Of a DNA stretch of 61,490 nucleotides, positions 48,818 through 57,685 are shown one piece after another. This DNA is from a bacterium (GTDB taxonomy: Bacteria > JAMCPX01). The DNA is taken from the NCBI GenBank assembly GCA_037439545.1, contig JBBIVV010000008.1, positions 1 to 61,490 on the forward strand. Direction: 5' to 3'. A program made the position numbers and the translations under genes. Under the pieces are notes generated by a model. The model worked only from the letters and a program-made list of their open reading frames with translations, did not search any database and was not told where the DNA came from. Every line of letters starts with the position of its first letter. Positions within the stretch are counted from its first letter, which is position 1.

Positions 48818-49166
48818 TATTTCAGCACCGGATCTCATAAAACAAATCAAAAGCTTACTGTCGGATAAACTGGCAAAAGATATTGTTATAATAGACATGA
48901 GGACGCACCTTAACATTGTTGATTACTTTATCATATGTTCCGTGAAATCAGAGAGACAGGCTCATGCAACGGCGTGGTACGTAAAGGAAGAACTTAAAAA
49001 GGCGGGGATTGATACCCGGAGAATGGAGGGCGACCAATCCGGGACATGGATAATCATGGATTACGGAGATGTTGCCGTGCATATTTTTCTTGAGGCTGCA
49101 CGATTGTATTATGACATAGAGGGGTTATGGTCTGATGCCAAGAGGGCCATACCGGAAGAAATGTAA
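48813..49166 (+). CDS. rsfS: Ribosome silencing factor RsfS; probable ATT start at 48813 (ORF track gives 48897)
   Basis: DKLAKDIVIID upstream of the first ATG, DYFIICS, WIIMDYGDV.VHIF, R.YYDIEGLW; nadD-rsfS-rlmH synteny. Confidence 0.88.
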   Translation: MNISAPDLIKQIKSLLSDKLAKDIVIIDMRTHLNIVDYFIICSVKSERQAHATAWYVKEELKKAGIDTRRMEGDQSGTWIIMDYGDVAVHIFLEAARLYYDIEGLWSDAKRAIPEEM

Positions 49167-49175
49167 CGCAACACT

Positions 49176-49640
49176 ATGCTTATAAATATTGTATCTGTAG
49201 GGTTCCCAAAGAACAAGCATGTGCAGGAGATGACGGATGATTATATGAACAGGATTCAGCAGTATATAAAGATAGCACTGAAAACAGTAAAGCAAGAACC
49301 GATTCTCACGAATCCCACCCATGTCGTTTTGAAAAAGGAAGCAGATAGACTCGTCGTTTTTATGAAAAACTCTTATAACGTGGTGCTTGATAAAGACGGC
49401 GAGATGATGAGTTCCGAGTTATTTGCAAAGTTTTTAAATAAGCGTATAATGAATGGCACGAAGGTAGTAAATATAATAATTGGCGGTCCCATGGGTATTG
49501 ATGTATCAATAAAGCAAAGTGCCGATAAGGCAGTATCATTATCAAACATGACTTTTCCTCATGAGTTGAGCATGGTAATAATTGCAGAGCAGATATACAG
49601 GGCTTTTGCAATCATTCACGGCCTGCCGTATCATAAATAG
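49176..49640 (+). CDS. rlmH: 23S rRNA m3Psi1915 methyltransferase
   Basis: IGGP.G, SLS.MTFPH, EQIYRA..I..G.PYHK. Confidence 0.95.
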   Translation: MLINIVSVGFPKNKHVQEMTDDYMNRIQQYIKIALKTVKQEPILTNPTHVVLKKEADRLVVFMKNSYNVVLDKDGEMMSSELFAKFLNKRIMNGTKVVNIIIGGPMGIDVSIKQSADKAVSLSNMTFPHELSMVIIAEQIYRAFAIIHGLPYHK

Positions 49641-49648
49641 GTGATGAT

Positions 49649-51004
49649 ATGTATCAGGCGATGATATTTCTTCTTATTGTCATACTTTTTTTATTCGGAT
49701 ATCTTTCACTGTTCAACAGCAAGGAGATCGACCTGCTTCTTTCCAGAACGACGTCCATACATACGACCGCATCCGCTATCGTTATAGCAGCGTTTATACT
49801 CGGAATGCTTTTGATGGCGATTGTCAGCCTGATCAGAGAAGCAAGCAGGATTTATAAAGACTGGCAGAAAAACAATCAAGTCAGCAGGGAAACCCTCAGT
49901 GTTTCTTTGGTGGAAAAAGGCAATTTTGAAATGTTAAAGGGTAATGCGGAGAAGGCAAAGGCTTATTACATAGATGCCATTACAAAAAGCCCCTTAAATA
50001 TAACTGCACATATAAAGCTGTCGGAATGCTCGATAGCGCTCAAAGACAACCAGAACGCCTTGAAAATATTATTAAAAATAAAATACCAGGATCCGGAAAA
50101 TATCCAGCTTTTACTCGCCCTGTATAAGGGCTATGCGTCAATGAACGATATCAACAGCATGACAGATATTTCGAAAAAACTTGTAAGTATCGATGAAGAG
50201 AATTTAATGTTTCTTTCCCTCTTGAGGAATGCGTACATTGCATCGAACAAGCCAGAAGAGGCTTACCGGACTCAGAAGATTATAATGAAGCTTACAAAGG
50301 GCAAAGAGGAATATAAAGCTGAAAGGCAGAGACTTGGAGAGCTTAAATATGAATATGCACTTTCAATTCTTAAGAATAAAGATACTGAACTTGCACTGAA
50401 GAAACTGGGTGATGTGAAAAAACTCGATCCCGGTTTTGTGCCCGCGTATATTTCTACGGGTGATATTTATCTGAACAATAAAAACGACATCGAAAGTGCA
50501 GTGGAAGAATGGAAGAACGGTTATGCAATAACACTCAATGCGGTGTTCCTCATTCGTATGGAAGATGTATATCTGAAGCATGATAATCCATTTGAGCTTA
50601 TACGATTCTACAGAAGCCTTCTGTCCGATAAACCGGATGATAATCTTGCACGAATCATGTTCGCGAAATTAATGTTAAGGCTCGAGATGATAGACGAGGC
50701 GTATGAGCAGATTTCGTACCTTGATAATAAATGGGTCCATGTGCCCTCGATGGATATTATGTCTGCGGAGCTCATGGCTAAAAGAGGGGATTATACCTCA
50801 GCTTATAAGAAACTGAAGTCTATTCAGAACAGCGGAATACAGATGAAATTTCCCTATGTATGTTCTCGGTGCGGATATGAGACATTTTCATGGTCTGCGA
50901 GATGCCAGGGGTGCACGGTATCCAACAGTTTGAATATAAAAACCGGCAAAGAGCTCGATGCAATGAAAATACCCCAGGCGAAAAACGGTAACGTAACGGT
51001 TTAA
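49649..51004 (+). CDS. LapB-like TPR protein with N-terminal LapA-like two-TM module and C-terminal rubredoxin-type Cys motif
   Basis: Two N-terminal TM, TPRs (DPGFVPAY), YVCSRCG....WSARCQGC. Confidence 0.75.
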   Translation: MYQAMIFLLIVILFLFGYLSLFNSKEIDLLLSRTTSIHTTASAIVIAAFILGMLLMAIVSLIREASRIYKDWQKNNQVSRETLSVSLVEKGNFEMLKGNAEKAKAYYIDAITKSPLNITAHIKLSECSIALKDNQNALKILLKIKYQDPENIQLLLALYKGYASMNDINSMTDISKKLVSIDEENLMFLSLLRNAYIASNKPEEAYRTQKIIMKLTKGKEEYKAERQRLGELKYEYALSILKNKDTELALKKLGDVKKLDPGFVPAYISTGDIYLNNKNDIESAVEEWKNGYAITLNAVFLIRMEDVYLKHDNPFELIRFYRSLLSDKPDDNLARIMFAKLMLRLEMIDEAYEQISYLDNKWVHVPSMDIMSAELMAKRGDYTSAYKKLKSIQNSGIQMKFPYVCSRCGYETFSWSARCQGCTVSNSLNIKTGKELDAMKIPQAKNGNVTV

Positions 51005-51020
51005 CCGTATCACTGCAGCT

Positions 51021-51239
51021 ATGTCGAACCGGTACTGCTCCATGTGCGGCAGGCATGTTAACCCGACAGTGCACTTCAAGGATTATTGTGTCGTAGACTA
51101 TTACATCGAGATTACCGGAGAAACACAGCCGGCAATTATTACAAGTAAAGAGCAGGACAAGCCCGAGGGGAGCTATTTGAAATTAACGTCAATTAAAGAA
51201 ATCATACGATGCGTAGACTGCGTGAAAAAAAATCGATAA
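51021..51239 (+). CDS. Small putative zinc-binding protein
   Basis: 72 aa, CSMC near N-terminus and CVDC near C-terminus. Confidence 0.6.
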   Translation: MSNRYCSMCGRHVNPTVHFKDYCVVDYYIEITGETQPAIITSKEQDKPEGSYLKLTSIKEIIRCVDCVKKNR

Positions 51240-51302
51240 AATAATTTTGACAAGTGTAATTTATAGGTATAATAATAGAAAAACCTTAAAAGGAGGAAGA
51301 AT

Positions 51303-51980
51303 ATGAAAAAAGTAAGCGTGACTTTTATAGCATCTTTGATAGTACTCGGTTTTACCGTTCTGGCGAATGCAGCGTACAGAGGGACAAGGGAAGCACCGCC
51401 GCAGAGAGAGCAAACATACCAGATGAGACAGACGGGCGAGGGTACATCCATGTGGAATCTCAAAATGGGTGTTGGATTCAACCGTCAAATGTTGTATTAT
51501 CCGGACCTTCCGGTAAATGTTACTTACCCTGTCGGTACAGGTACAGGGACGAGCGTTTCATTAAAATCAGCCACCCCCGCAGACCTTTCTTTCAGAATGT
51601 ACATAGGTCCTGTAGGTGGTGAGTTTGATATCGGAGGAAATCAATACGCGGTTGCCGGTGTCGGGGATATCAACATATTCAATGTGAACATGAAGGCCTT
51701 CTACACCATTATCAACAAGACGAACGTAAAATTTAATGGCGGCATGGCACTGATGTACAGCGACATGGATTCCAAGGGACTGGGCGCATTGATAGGAACA
51801 GGCGTAAATTTCTTTGCAGGGCCGGAGTTCTTTATTCCGTCGTTACCCGAACTTGGATTCAATATTGAATTGGGACTCGGCTACACATCATATTCTGCAT
51901 CCGGGGACCATTTTGCGGCCGACAACCTCGGCTTCAATACCTCTGATTTTCTGCAGGCAGGGATACACTATTACTTTTAA
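51303..51980 (+). CDS. Putative outer membrane beta-barrel protein
   Basis: Signal peptide (ANA|A), alternating beta-strands, terminal GIHYYF; TTGACA/TATAAT promoter and AGGAGG SD upstream. Confidence 0.75.
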   Translation: MKKVSVTFIASLIVLGFTVLANAAYRGTREAPPQREQTYQMRQTGEGTSMWNLKMGVGFNRQMLYYPDLPVNVTYPVGTGTGTSVSLKSATPADLSFRMYIGPVGGEFDIGGNQYAVAGVGDINIFNVNMKAFYTIINKTNVKFNGGMALMYSDMDSKGLGALIGTGVNFFAGPEFFIPSLPELGFNIELGLGYTSYSASGDHFAADNLGFNTSDFLQAGIHYYF

Positions 51981-51994
51981 AAGGTAATCGGTTG

Positions 51995-52086
51995 TAAGGG
52001 GCATACGCATACGTTTGCCTCTGTGTAATGATGCAAAAGGGGCAGGCGGTGTACCCGCACAGAATGCGGGTCGGCCTGCCCCTTAC
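51995..52086. repeat. Inverted pair of GTAAGGGGCA REP-like hairpins, the second with a nested 28-bp insert
   Basis: GTAAGGGGCATACG...TTTGCCTCT and AAGGGGCAGGC[...]GCCTGCCCCTTAC; insert at 52047-52074. Confidence 0.6.
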
Positions 52087-52128
52087 TTGTTCTTGCAAAC
52101 AAGCGTATTTTGGGCTATCCAGATATTC

Positions 52129-54381
52129 ATGAAGCAGGTACTCTTATACATAACGCCTTATATTAATTTTGTTACAAACGCATTATCGAATTATAACGGC
52201 AGAATAACGGACACCGGTACGCAGATTATGTGGGGGAGTGTTTTACTTCTGTCTATAATATTATTCTTCGTTCACAGGATGTACAGGAAAAGGGCAGCAG
52301 GTTCCAATGAAAATACGGTATCTTTGAATAAGAGGGCCCGCAGACTCGCAAAGATCGGTGATTTTATAAATGCAGCTCAGCTCTACGAAAAAAACGGCAA
52401 CCTGCAGTATGCAGCGGATACCTATTATCAGGCAGGGACTATGTATTATGCGGCTCAGCTTTACAAGAAGATGGGCATGAAGGAAAAGCAGGCATCTACA
52501 CTCGAGCAGATAGGTTTTTTTAAAGAAGCAGGCGAGCTGTACAGGGAATTATCCATGTATAAGCAGGCAGGTGAGAACCTGTTGAAGGCAGATGAACTGC
52601 TGAAATCTGCAAATATGCTTGAGACCACAGGGGACATCGAGAAGGCTGCCGATACATATATGGCTGCCGGTTTTAATCTACGCGCCGGAGAACTTTATAC
52701 AAAACTTGGCGATAAAGCCAAAATTGCTGCAGCGTATGAAGCATCAGTAATTATTCCAAAAGGGGATATAATACCAAGAGCCATAACAAATTATGCGATG
52801 CTGTCTGTATCGGCATATATTGCCATGGGAAACGTCAAGCAAGCTGCAGAGGTGGCAGAAAAAGCGGGATTGGCAAAATACGCCGCAGAGCTTTACGCAA
52901 AATTAGAGAACTGGGTAAAAGCGAGTGAATTGTATCTTTCGATAGGTGAGAAGAAATCAGCAGCAGAGGTAATGGAAAAGGCCGGCTGGCATGAGAAGTC
53001 TTCCCTGGTCATGGCATCGTACTATGAAGAGAAGGGCATGAAGCGTGATGCACTACAGCTTTATGAAAAGCTCGGCAGGCTCGATGATGCTGCGAGGCTC
53101 TATGAATCAATAGGTGAAAAGATAAAGGCAGCAGAACTGTACGCAAAGGCAGGACAACCGATTAAATCGGCTACTCTATTTAAAGAAGTCGGGTATGTTG
53201 ACAAAGCTTTATCGATATTGGAATCAGCATCCGATGCTGATAAGCAGGGTAATGATGCCCAGATATTAAAGCTTGATCTGTTGATGGAAAAAGGCATGTA
53301 TAAGGATGCAGGAGAAACGACGGGAAAAATGCTTGCCGGTAAATCTCCTGTACCGTCAAACATGCAGCTTTACTACAGGCTTGCAAATATATACGAGGAA
53401 GAAGGCAGGGCAAAAGATGCAATAGTAATTTATAATAAACTGATCAAGCTTGATGCCGGTTATATGGATGTAAAAGAGCGTATGGAAAGACTCAAACGTA
53501 TTGTAGAAGCTCCATCACCGTCTGTTATTGATCAGTATGCACAGACCGTCTTACTGTCGGATACGAGCGATGGTATACTCTCAAAGCGTTACAAACTTAT
53601 AGAGGAGCTTGGCAGGGGAGGCATGGGCATTGTCATTAAGGCACAGGATATTGTTCTCAGGCGGGTCGTTGCAATTAAGATAATGTCAACGGGGGGTGCG
53701 TCAGATCCAAAGCGTATAGATGCTTTCATTAGAGAAGCAAGAACATCGGCATCCCTTAATCATCCGAATATCGTTACTGTGTATGATGTCGGAGAGGACA
53801 AAGGCGCATTCTACATAGTAATGGAGTTCGTGGATGGTATGGTCGTGAAGAAATTTCTTGAAGAATATCCAAACGGCATACCCATGCAGCTTGCAATATT
53901 TATAGCGGTCCAGATGCTCAAAGGTATGGCTTATGCTCATGAAAGGGGCATTATACATAGAGATATAAAGCCATCAAATATTATGTGGACACCAAAAAGA
54001 GTTGCAAAACTCATGGATTTCGGCCTTGCAAAAGCTATGGAAGAGATAAAGCATGGCGAGACAATAATCGGCGGTACGCCGCTGTATATGTCACCCGAAC
54101 AGATACTTGGCGAGAAAACCGATGCACGGACGGATATCTACTCTTTCGGATGTACTCTGTATGAAATACTTGCCGGAAAACCTCCCTTTGTTCATGGAGA
54201 CATAGGTTATCATCATGTTCATACATCTCCCGTGCCGCTGAACAGTATTCATGAACAGGTTCCGCCATGGCTTTCTGATATTGTGATAAAATGTCTTGAA
54301 AAACTCCCGGAGAACAGGTATCAGTCGGTCGAAAATTTGTTCAATGACATTCAAAAAGGCTACAAGGGCATGAGGGGATAA
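52129..54381 (+). CDS. Hanks-type Ser/Thr protein kinase with N-terminal TM and long TPR/SNAP-like helical repeats
   Basis: LGRGGMG, VAIK, HRDIKPSN, DFG, GTPLYMSPE; start moved to ATG 52129 because upstream codons lie in repeats. Confidence 0.9.
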   Translation: MKQVLLYITPYINFVTNALSNYNGRITDTGTQIMWGSVLLLSIILFFVHRMYRKRAAGSNENTVSLNKRARRLAKIGDFINAAQLYEKNGNLQYAADTYYQAGTMYYAAQLYKKMGMKEKQASTLEQIGFFKEAGELYRELSMYKQAGENLLKADELLKSANMLETTGDIEKAADTYMAAGFNLRAGELYTKLGDKAKIAAAYEASVIIPKGDIIPRAITNYAMLSVSAYIAMGNVKQAAEVAEKAGLAKYAAELYAKLENWVKASELYLSIGEKKSAAEVMEKAGWHEKSSLVMASYYEEKGMKRDALQLYEKLGRLDDAARLYESIGEKIKAAELYAKAGQPIKSATLFKEVGYVDKALSILESASDADKQGNDAQILKLDLLMEKGMYKDAGETTGKMLAGKSPVPSNMQLYYRLANIYEEEGRAKDAIVIYNKLIKLDAGYMDVKERMERLKRIVEAPSPSVIDQYAQTVLLSDTSDGILSKRYKLIEELGRGGMGIVIKAQDIVLRRVVAIKIMSTGGASDPKRIDAFIREARTSASLNHPNIVTVYDVGEDKGAFYIVMEFVDGMVVKKFLEEYPNGIPMQLAIFIAVQMLKGMAYAHERGIIHRDIKPSNIMWTPKRVAKLMDFGLAKAMEEIKHGETIIGGTPLYMSPEQILGEKTDARTDIYSFGCTLYEILAGKPPFVHGDIGYHHVHTSPVPLNSIHEQVPPWLSDIVIKCLEKLPENRYQSVENLFNDIQKGYKGMRG

Positions 54382-54430
54382 AGAAACCGGCAGTTCAAAG
54401 GTTTGAGGGTTCAAGAGTTAACAGATTAAG

Positions 54431-55012
54431 ATGAGCATTCTTATTATTGCAACAAACAATCTTGCCAAGTTTCGGGAGATTCAGGATATGGCGAGCACGT
54501 ATGGAATAATTGTCCGGATGCCTGATAAAAAAATAGATGTAGAAGAAGGGGTTGAATCTTATGAAGACAACGCAAGGCTCAAGGCATTGACTCTGACTTC
54601 CCTGTCCGGTATTGATGCTTTGGGAGAAGACTCAGGGATAGAAATCCCTGCACTCGGCGGATTTCCAGGGGTCATATCGGCCCGATTCACGGAAGGTTCC
54701 GATAATGACAGGAATGCAGCTTTACTCGGCAAAATGATGTATCTCGTATCAGGGCAAAGGAAAGCAGTTTTCAAAGCTTATGCAGTAATAACACTTACCA
54801 ATGGCAGGTATCTTACGGGATATGGCGAACTGAAGGGCAGTATCATCGATGAGCCTGCCGGAAATAACGGGTTTGGCTATGATCCGATCTTTATTCCCGA
54901 TAGTTATGATAGAACCCTTGCACAATTATCGTCGGAACAGAAAAATAGTATAAGTCATAGGAGAAAGGCGATTGAGGAAGTCATGGGAAAATACATGGTT
55001 TATGTGAGATAA
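54431..55012 (+). CDS. rdgB: Non-canonical purine NTP pyrophosphatase
   Basis: ATNN..K..E, EDSG, PGV.SAR, GFGYDPIF, KNSISHR. Confidence 0.93.
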   Translation: MSILIIATNNLAKFREIQDMASTYGIIVRMPDKKIDVEEGVESYEDNARLKALTLTSLSGIDALGEDSGIEIPALGGFPGVISARFTEGSDNDRNAALLGKMMYLVSGQRKAVFKAYAVITLTNGRYLTGYGELKGSIIDEPAGNNGFGYDPIFIPDSYDRTLAQLSSEQKNSISHRRKAIEEVMGKYMVYVR

Positions 55013-55048
55013 AAATAGAATTTGGGGATAATTTATCTTGTAAACAAT

Positions 55049-55162
55049 ATGAAGATTCACTATACTAAAACAATTGACAGAAGAGAATTTGTTAAAAATG
55101 ATTTTACCATTGACAGATTGATGAAAGAAATGGCACTACTCTATACGGAGATAGTACAGTAA
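55049..55162 (+). pseudogene. Short ORF resembling the C-terminal helix of a GT4 glycosyltransferase (gene remnant)
   Basis: 37 aa ending REFVKNDFTIDRLMKEMALLYTEIVQ*; TAATG overlap with the next gene. Confidence 0.45.
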
Positions 55163-56922
55163 TGATTATATACATTTCAGCTCTTACGGCTTTTATCGTT
55201 GTTGTTGCGGTCGTACCTCTCGTCAAGTGGCTGGCATTTCATTATGGTGCCATATCATATCCAAGAAATGACAGGTGGCATAAAAAACCAATACCGATGT
55301 TCGGCGGGATCGCCATCTATATCGGAACGGTTGCAGCATTTATTCTCTCTAAAGGGTTGGACCTTCATACAATCATCATTCTTTCTGCCGGTACTGCAAT
55401 ATTCATACTCGGACTGGTGGATGACTTCAAGCATCTTGCCCCGCCTGTAAAACTTGTTGTGGAAATCGTAATCTCGGTTGCCATTATAGTATCGGGCATA
55501 AAGTGGGACATAACGGCGAATGCAGCGTTTAATACATTCGTCACCTTTATATGGCTTATTGGTATTACAAATGCGTTTAACCTTCTTGATAATATGGACG
55601 GTCTGTCTGCAGGTATTGCAAGCATTACGGGTATTGTTATTTTTTTATGTTTATTCGGCAATGTTCAGTCATCGACGGCCATTCTGCTTGCATCGGTGAT
55701 CGGTGCAACTGCGGGGTTCCTTGTCTATAACTTTAACCCGGCATCCATATTCATGGGTGATTCAGGCAGTCTTTTTATAGGTTTTATCCTCGGGAGTGTT
55801 GTGCTGGTCCCGGAGATCAAGTTACCCGGGCAGCTGCTTCAGATTGTCATACTCCCTGTTCTTATATTTCTGATACCCATATTCGATACAAGCTATGTCG
55901 TATTTATGAGGAAATTATCGGGTATCGACGCAATGCATGGAGGTAAAGACCACACGTCTCATAGGCTTGTGAGAATAGGTTTATCGGAAAAGAGTGCCGT
56001 CCTGCTCATATACGGCATTGGCATATTATCGGGCATACTTGCATATTTTGGTAAATTTATGTCACTATACGTGTATATAGAAATTATTTTTTTATTTTCC
56101 ATCTTACTTGTATTTCTCGGCATCTATCTTGCAAAGATTAAGGTGTACGAGGCGGATGAGAATGAAAAAGGGGTGATATCTATTATTGTTAATATAACCT
56201 ACAAAAAAAGAATTTTTGAAATAATGCTCGATCTTGTCATTATCTTTATTTCTATGTATGGCGCATACATTCTCAGGTTTGAAGGAAGAAGCTTTAACGA
56301 GAACTCAATTAAATTGTTTCAAGCTCTTCCGCTCATCCTCGGCATTCAGATTGTCATATTTTACGTAGTCGGAGTTTATAAGAATGTATGGAAGTATACA
56401 GGTGCACATGAGATATGGACAATCGTTAAAGGAATAATACTCGGTGTCGGCATAAATATGCTCGCCATACTGTTTATCTGGAGGTTCTACGAATATTCAA
56501 GGACAGTGTTTATCATATACGGCATCCTGCTTTTTATTCTCATGGCATTATCAAGATACACGTATAAGTCGTTTGATTATTTCTTAAGAAAAAACAATAA
56601 AGATACAAACAAAAGGGTGCTGATCTATGGAGCGGGTGACAGCGGTGAGTTTGCGGTAAACGAGATACTGAATAATGAACAACTCGGGCTTGTTCCGGTA
56701 TGCTTTGTCGATGATGAAAAAATGAAACAAGGCAGATACATTCATGGCTATCCTGTGCTTGGAAATATCGATCGGCTTGAAGAATTAATAAAGGACCAGA
56801 GTATCGATCAGGTGATCATTTCAAGCCCGAAGATAAAAGAAGATAAAATCAAGAAGATAAAACAAATCTGCGAACAAGCAAACATTGTACTGAAGAAGTT
56901 CTCGCTCAAGATAGAGGATTAG
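55162..56922 (+). CDS. WecA/MraY-family polyprenyl-phosphate sugar-1-phosphate transferase fused to a TM plus Rossmann-like module
   Basis: GLVDD, NAFNLLDNMDGL, FMGDSGS, DHTSHRL; C-terminal RVLIYGAG, FVDD, G.PVLG. Confidence 0.85.
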   Translation: MIIYISALTAFIVVVAVVPLVKWLAFHYGAISYPRNDRWHKKPIPMFGGIAIYIGTVAAFILSKGLDLHTIIILSAGTAIFILGLVDDFKHLAPPVKLVVEIVISVAIIVSGIKWDITANAAFNTFVTFIWLIGITNAFNLLDNMDGLSAGIASITGIVIFLCLFGNVQSSTAILLASVIGATAGFLVYNFNPASIFMGDSGSLFIGFILGSVVLVPEIKLPGQLLQIVILPVLIFLIPIFDTSYVVFMRKLSGIDAMHGGKDHTSHRLVRIGLSEKSAVLLIYGIGILSGILAYFGKFMSLYVYIEIIFLFSILLVFLGIYLAKIKVYEADENEKGVISIIVNITYKKRIFEIMLDLVIIFISMYGAYILRFEGRSFNENSIKLFQALPLILGIQIVIFYVVGVYKNVWKYTGAHEIWTIVKGIILGVGINMLAILFIWRFYEYSRTVFIIYGILLFILMALSRYTYKSFDYFLRKNNKDTNKRVLIYGAGDSGEFAVNEILNNEQLGLVPVCFVDDEKMKQGRYIHGYPVLGNIDRLEELIKDQSIDQVIISSPKIKEDKIKKIKQICEQANIVLKKFSLKIED

Positions 56923-56925
56923 GAC

Positions 56926-57630
56926 ATGAAGCTGTCGATTATAATACCTGTTTATAACGAGCATGATACCATAAACGCCATACTATCTGCAGTGAAGAGA
57001 GCGCCTGCCGCCGGTTTAGGGAAAGAGATCATAGTCGTGGATGATTTCTCCACTGATGGAACGAGGGAACTATTGAAAGGGATCGATGATAATTCCATAC
57101 AAGTATACTATCATGAAAAAAATATAGGCAAGGGTGCTGCACTCCGTACAGGATTCAGCCATGCGACAGGTGAATTTGTCGTTGTCCAGGATGCTGACCT
57201 TGAATACGATCCTATGGACTACGATAAATTACTCAAGCCGGCTATCGACGGAAGGGCTGATGTCGTTTACGGTTCAAGATTTATGGGCGGTGAACCTCAT
57301 CGTGTGTTTTATTTCTGGCATTATCTTGGCAATAAGTTCTTAAGCATGTTTTCAAATATGTTTACCAATCTTAATCTCACGGACATGGAAACCTGTTACA
57401 AGTTATTTAAGAAGGATGTACTTGATAAGATTGCGATAGCAGAAGATCGTTTCGGTTTTGAACCGGAGATCACGGCAAAAATAGCGCTGCTGCACGTAAG
57501 AGTATATGAGGTTGGTATATCGTACAGCGGCAGGAGCTATGCGGAAGGCAAGAAAATAGGATTTAAGGACGGTTTCAGAACACTCTTTGTTATTCTTAAA
57601 TACGGGATATTCAAAAGAAGTATAAAGTAG
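56926..57630 (+). CDS. GT2 glycosyltransferase (polyprenol-phosphate glycosyltransferase-like)
   Basis: IPVYNE, VDDFSTDGT, GKG, QDADLEY, TDMETCYK, FGFEPE. Confidence 0.92.
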   Translation: MKLSIIIPVYNEHDTINAILSAVKRAPAAGLGKEIIVVDDFSTDGTRELLKGIDDNSIQVYYHEKNIGKGAALRTGFSHATGEFVVVQDADLEYDPMDYDKLLKPAIDGRADVVYGSRFMGGEPHRVFYFWHYLGNKFLSMFSNMFTNLNLTDMETCYKLFKKDVLDKIAIAEDRFGFEPEITAKIALLHVRVYEVGISYSGRSYAEGKKIGFKDGFRTLFVILKYGIFKRSIK

Positions 57631-57685
57631 TTCCATAGAATAAAACCGCACTCATTGGGAAACTCAGAGATTACATTTTATTGGT

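Noticed and set aside
52015..52128. N-terminal extension of the kinase ORF
   Set aside because: It is read-through of REP-like hairpins; ATG 52129 is more plausible.
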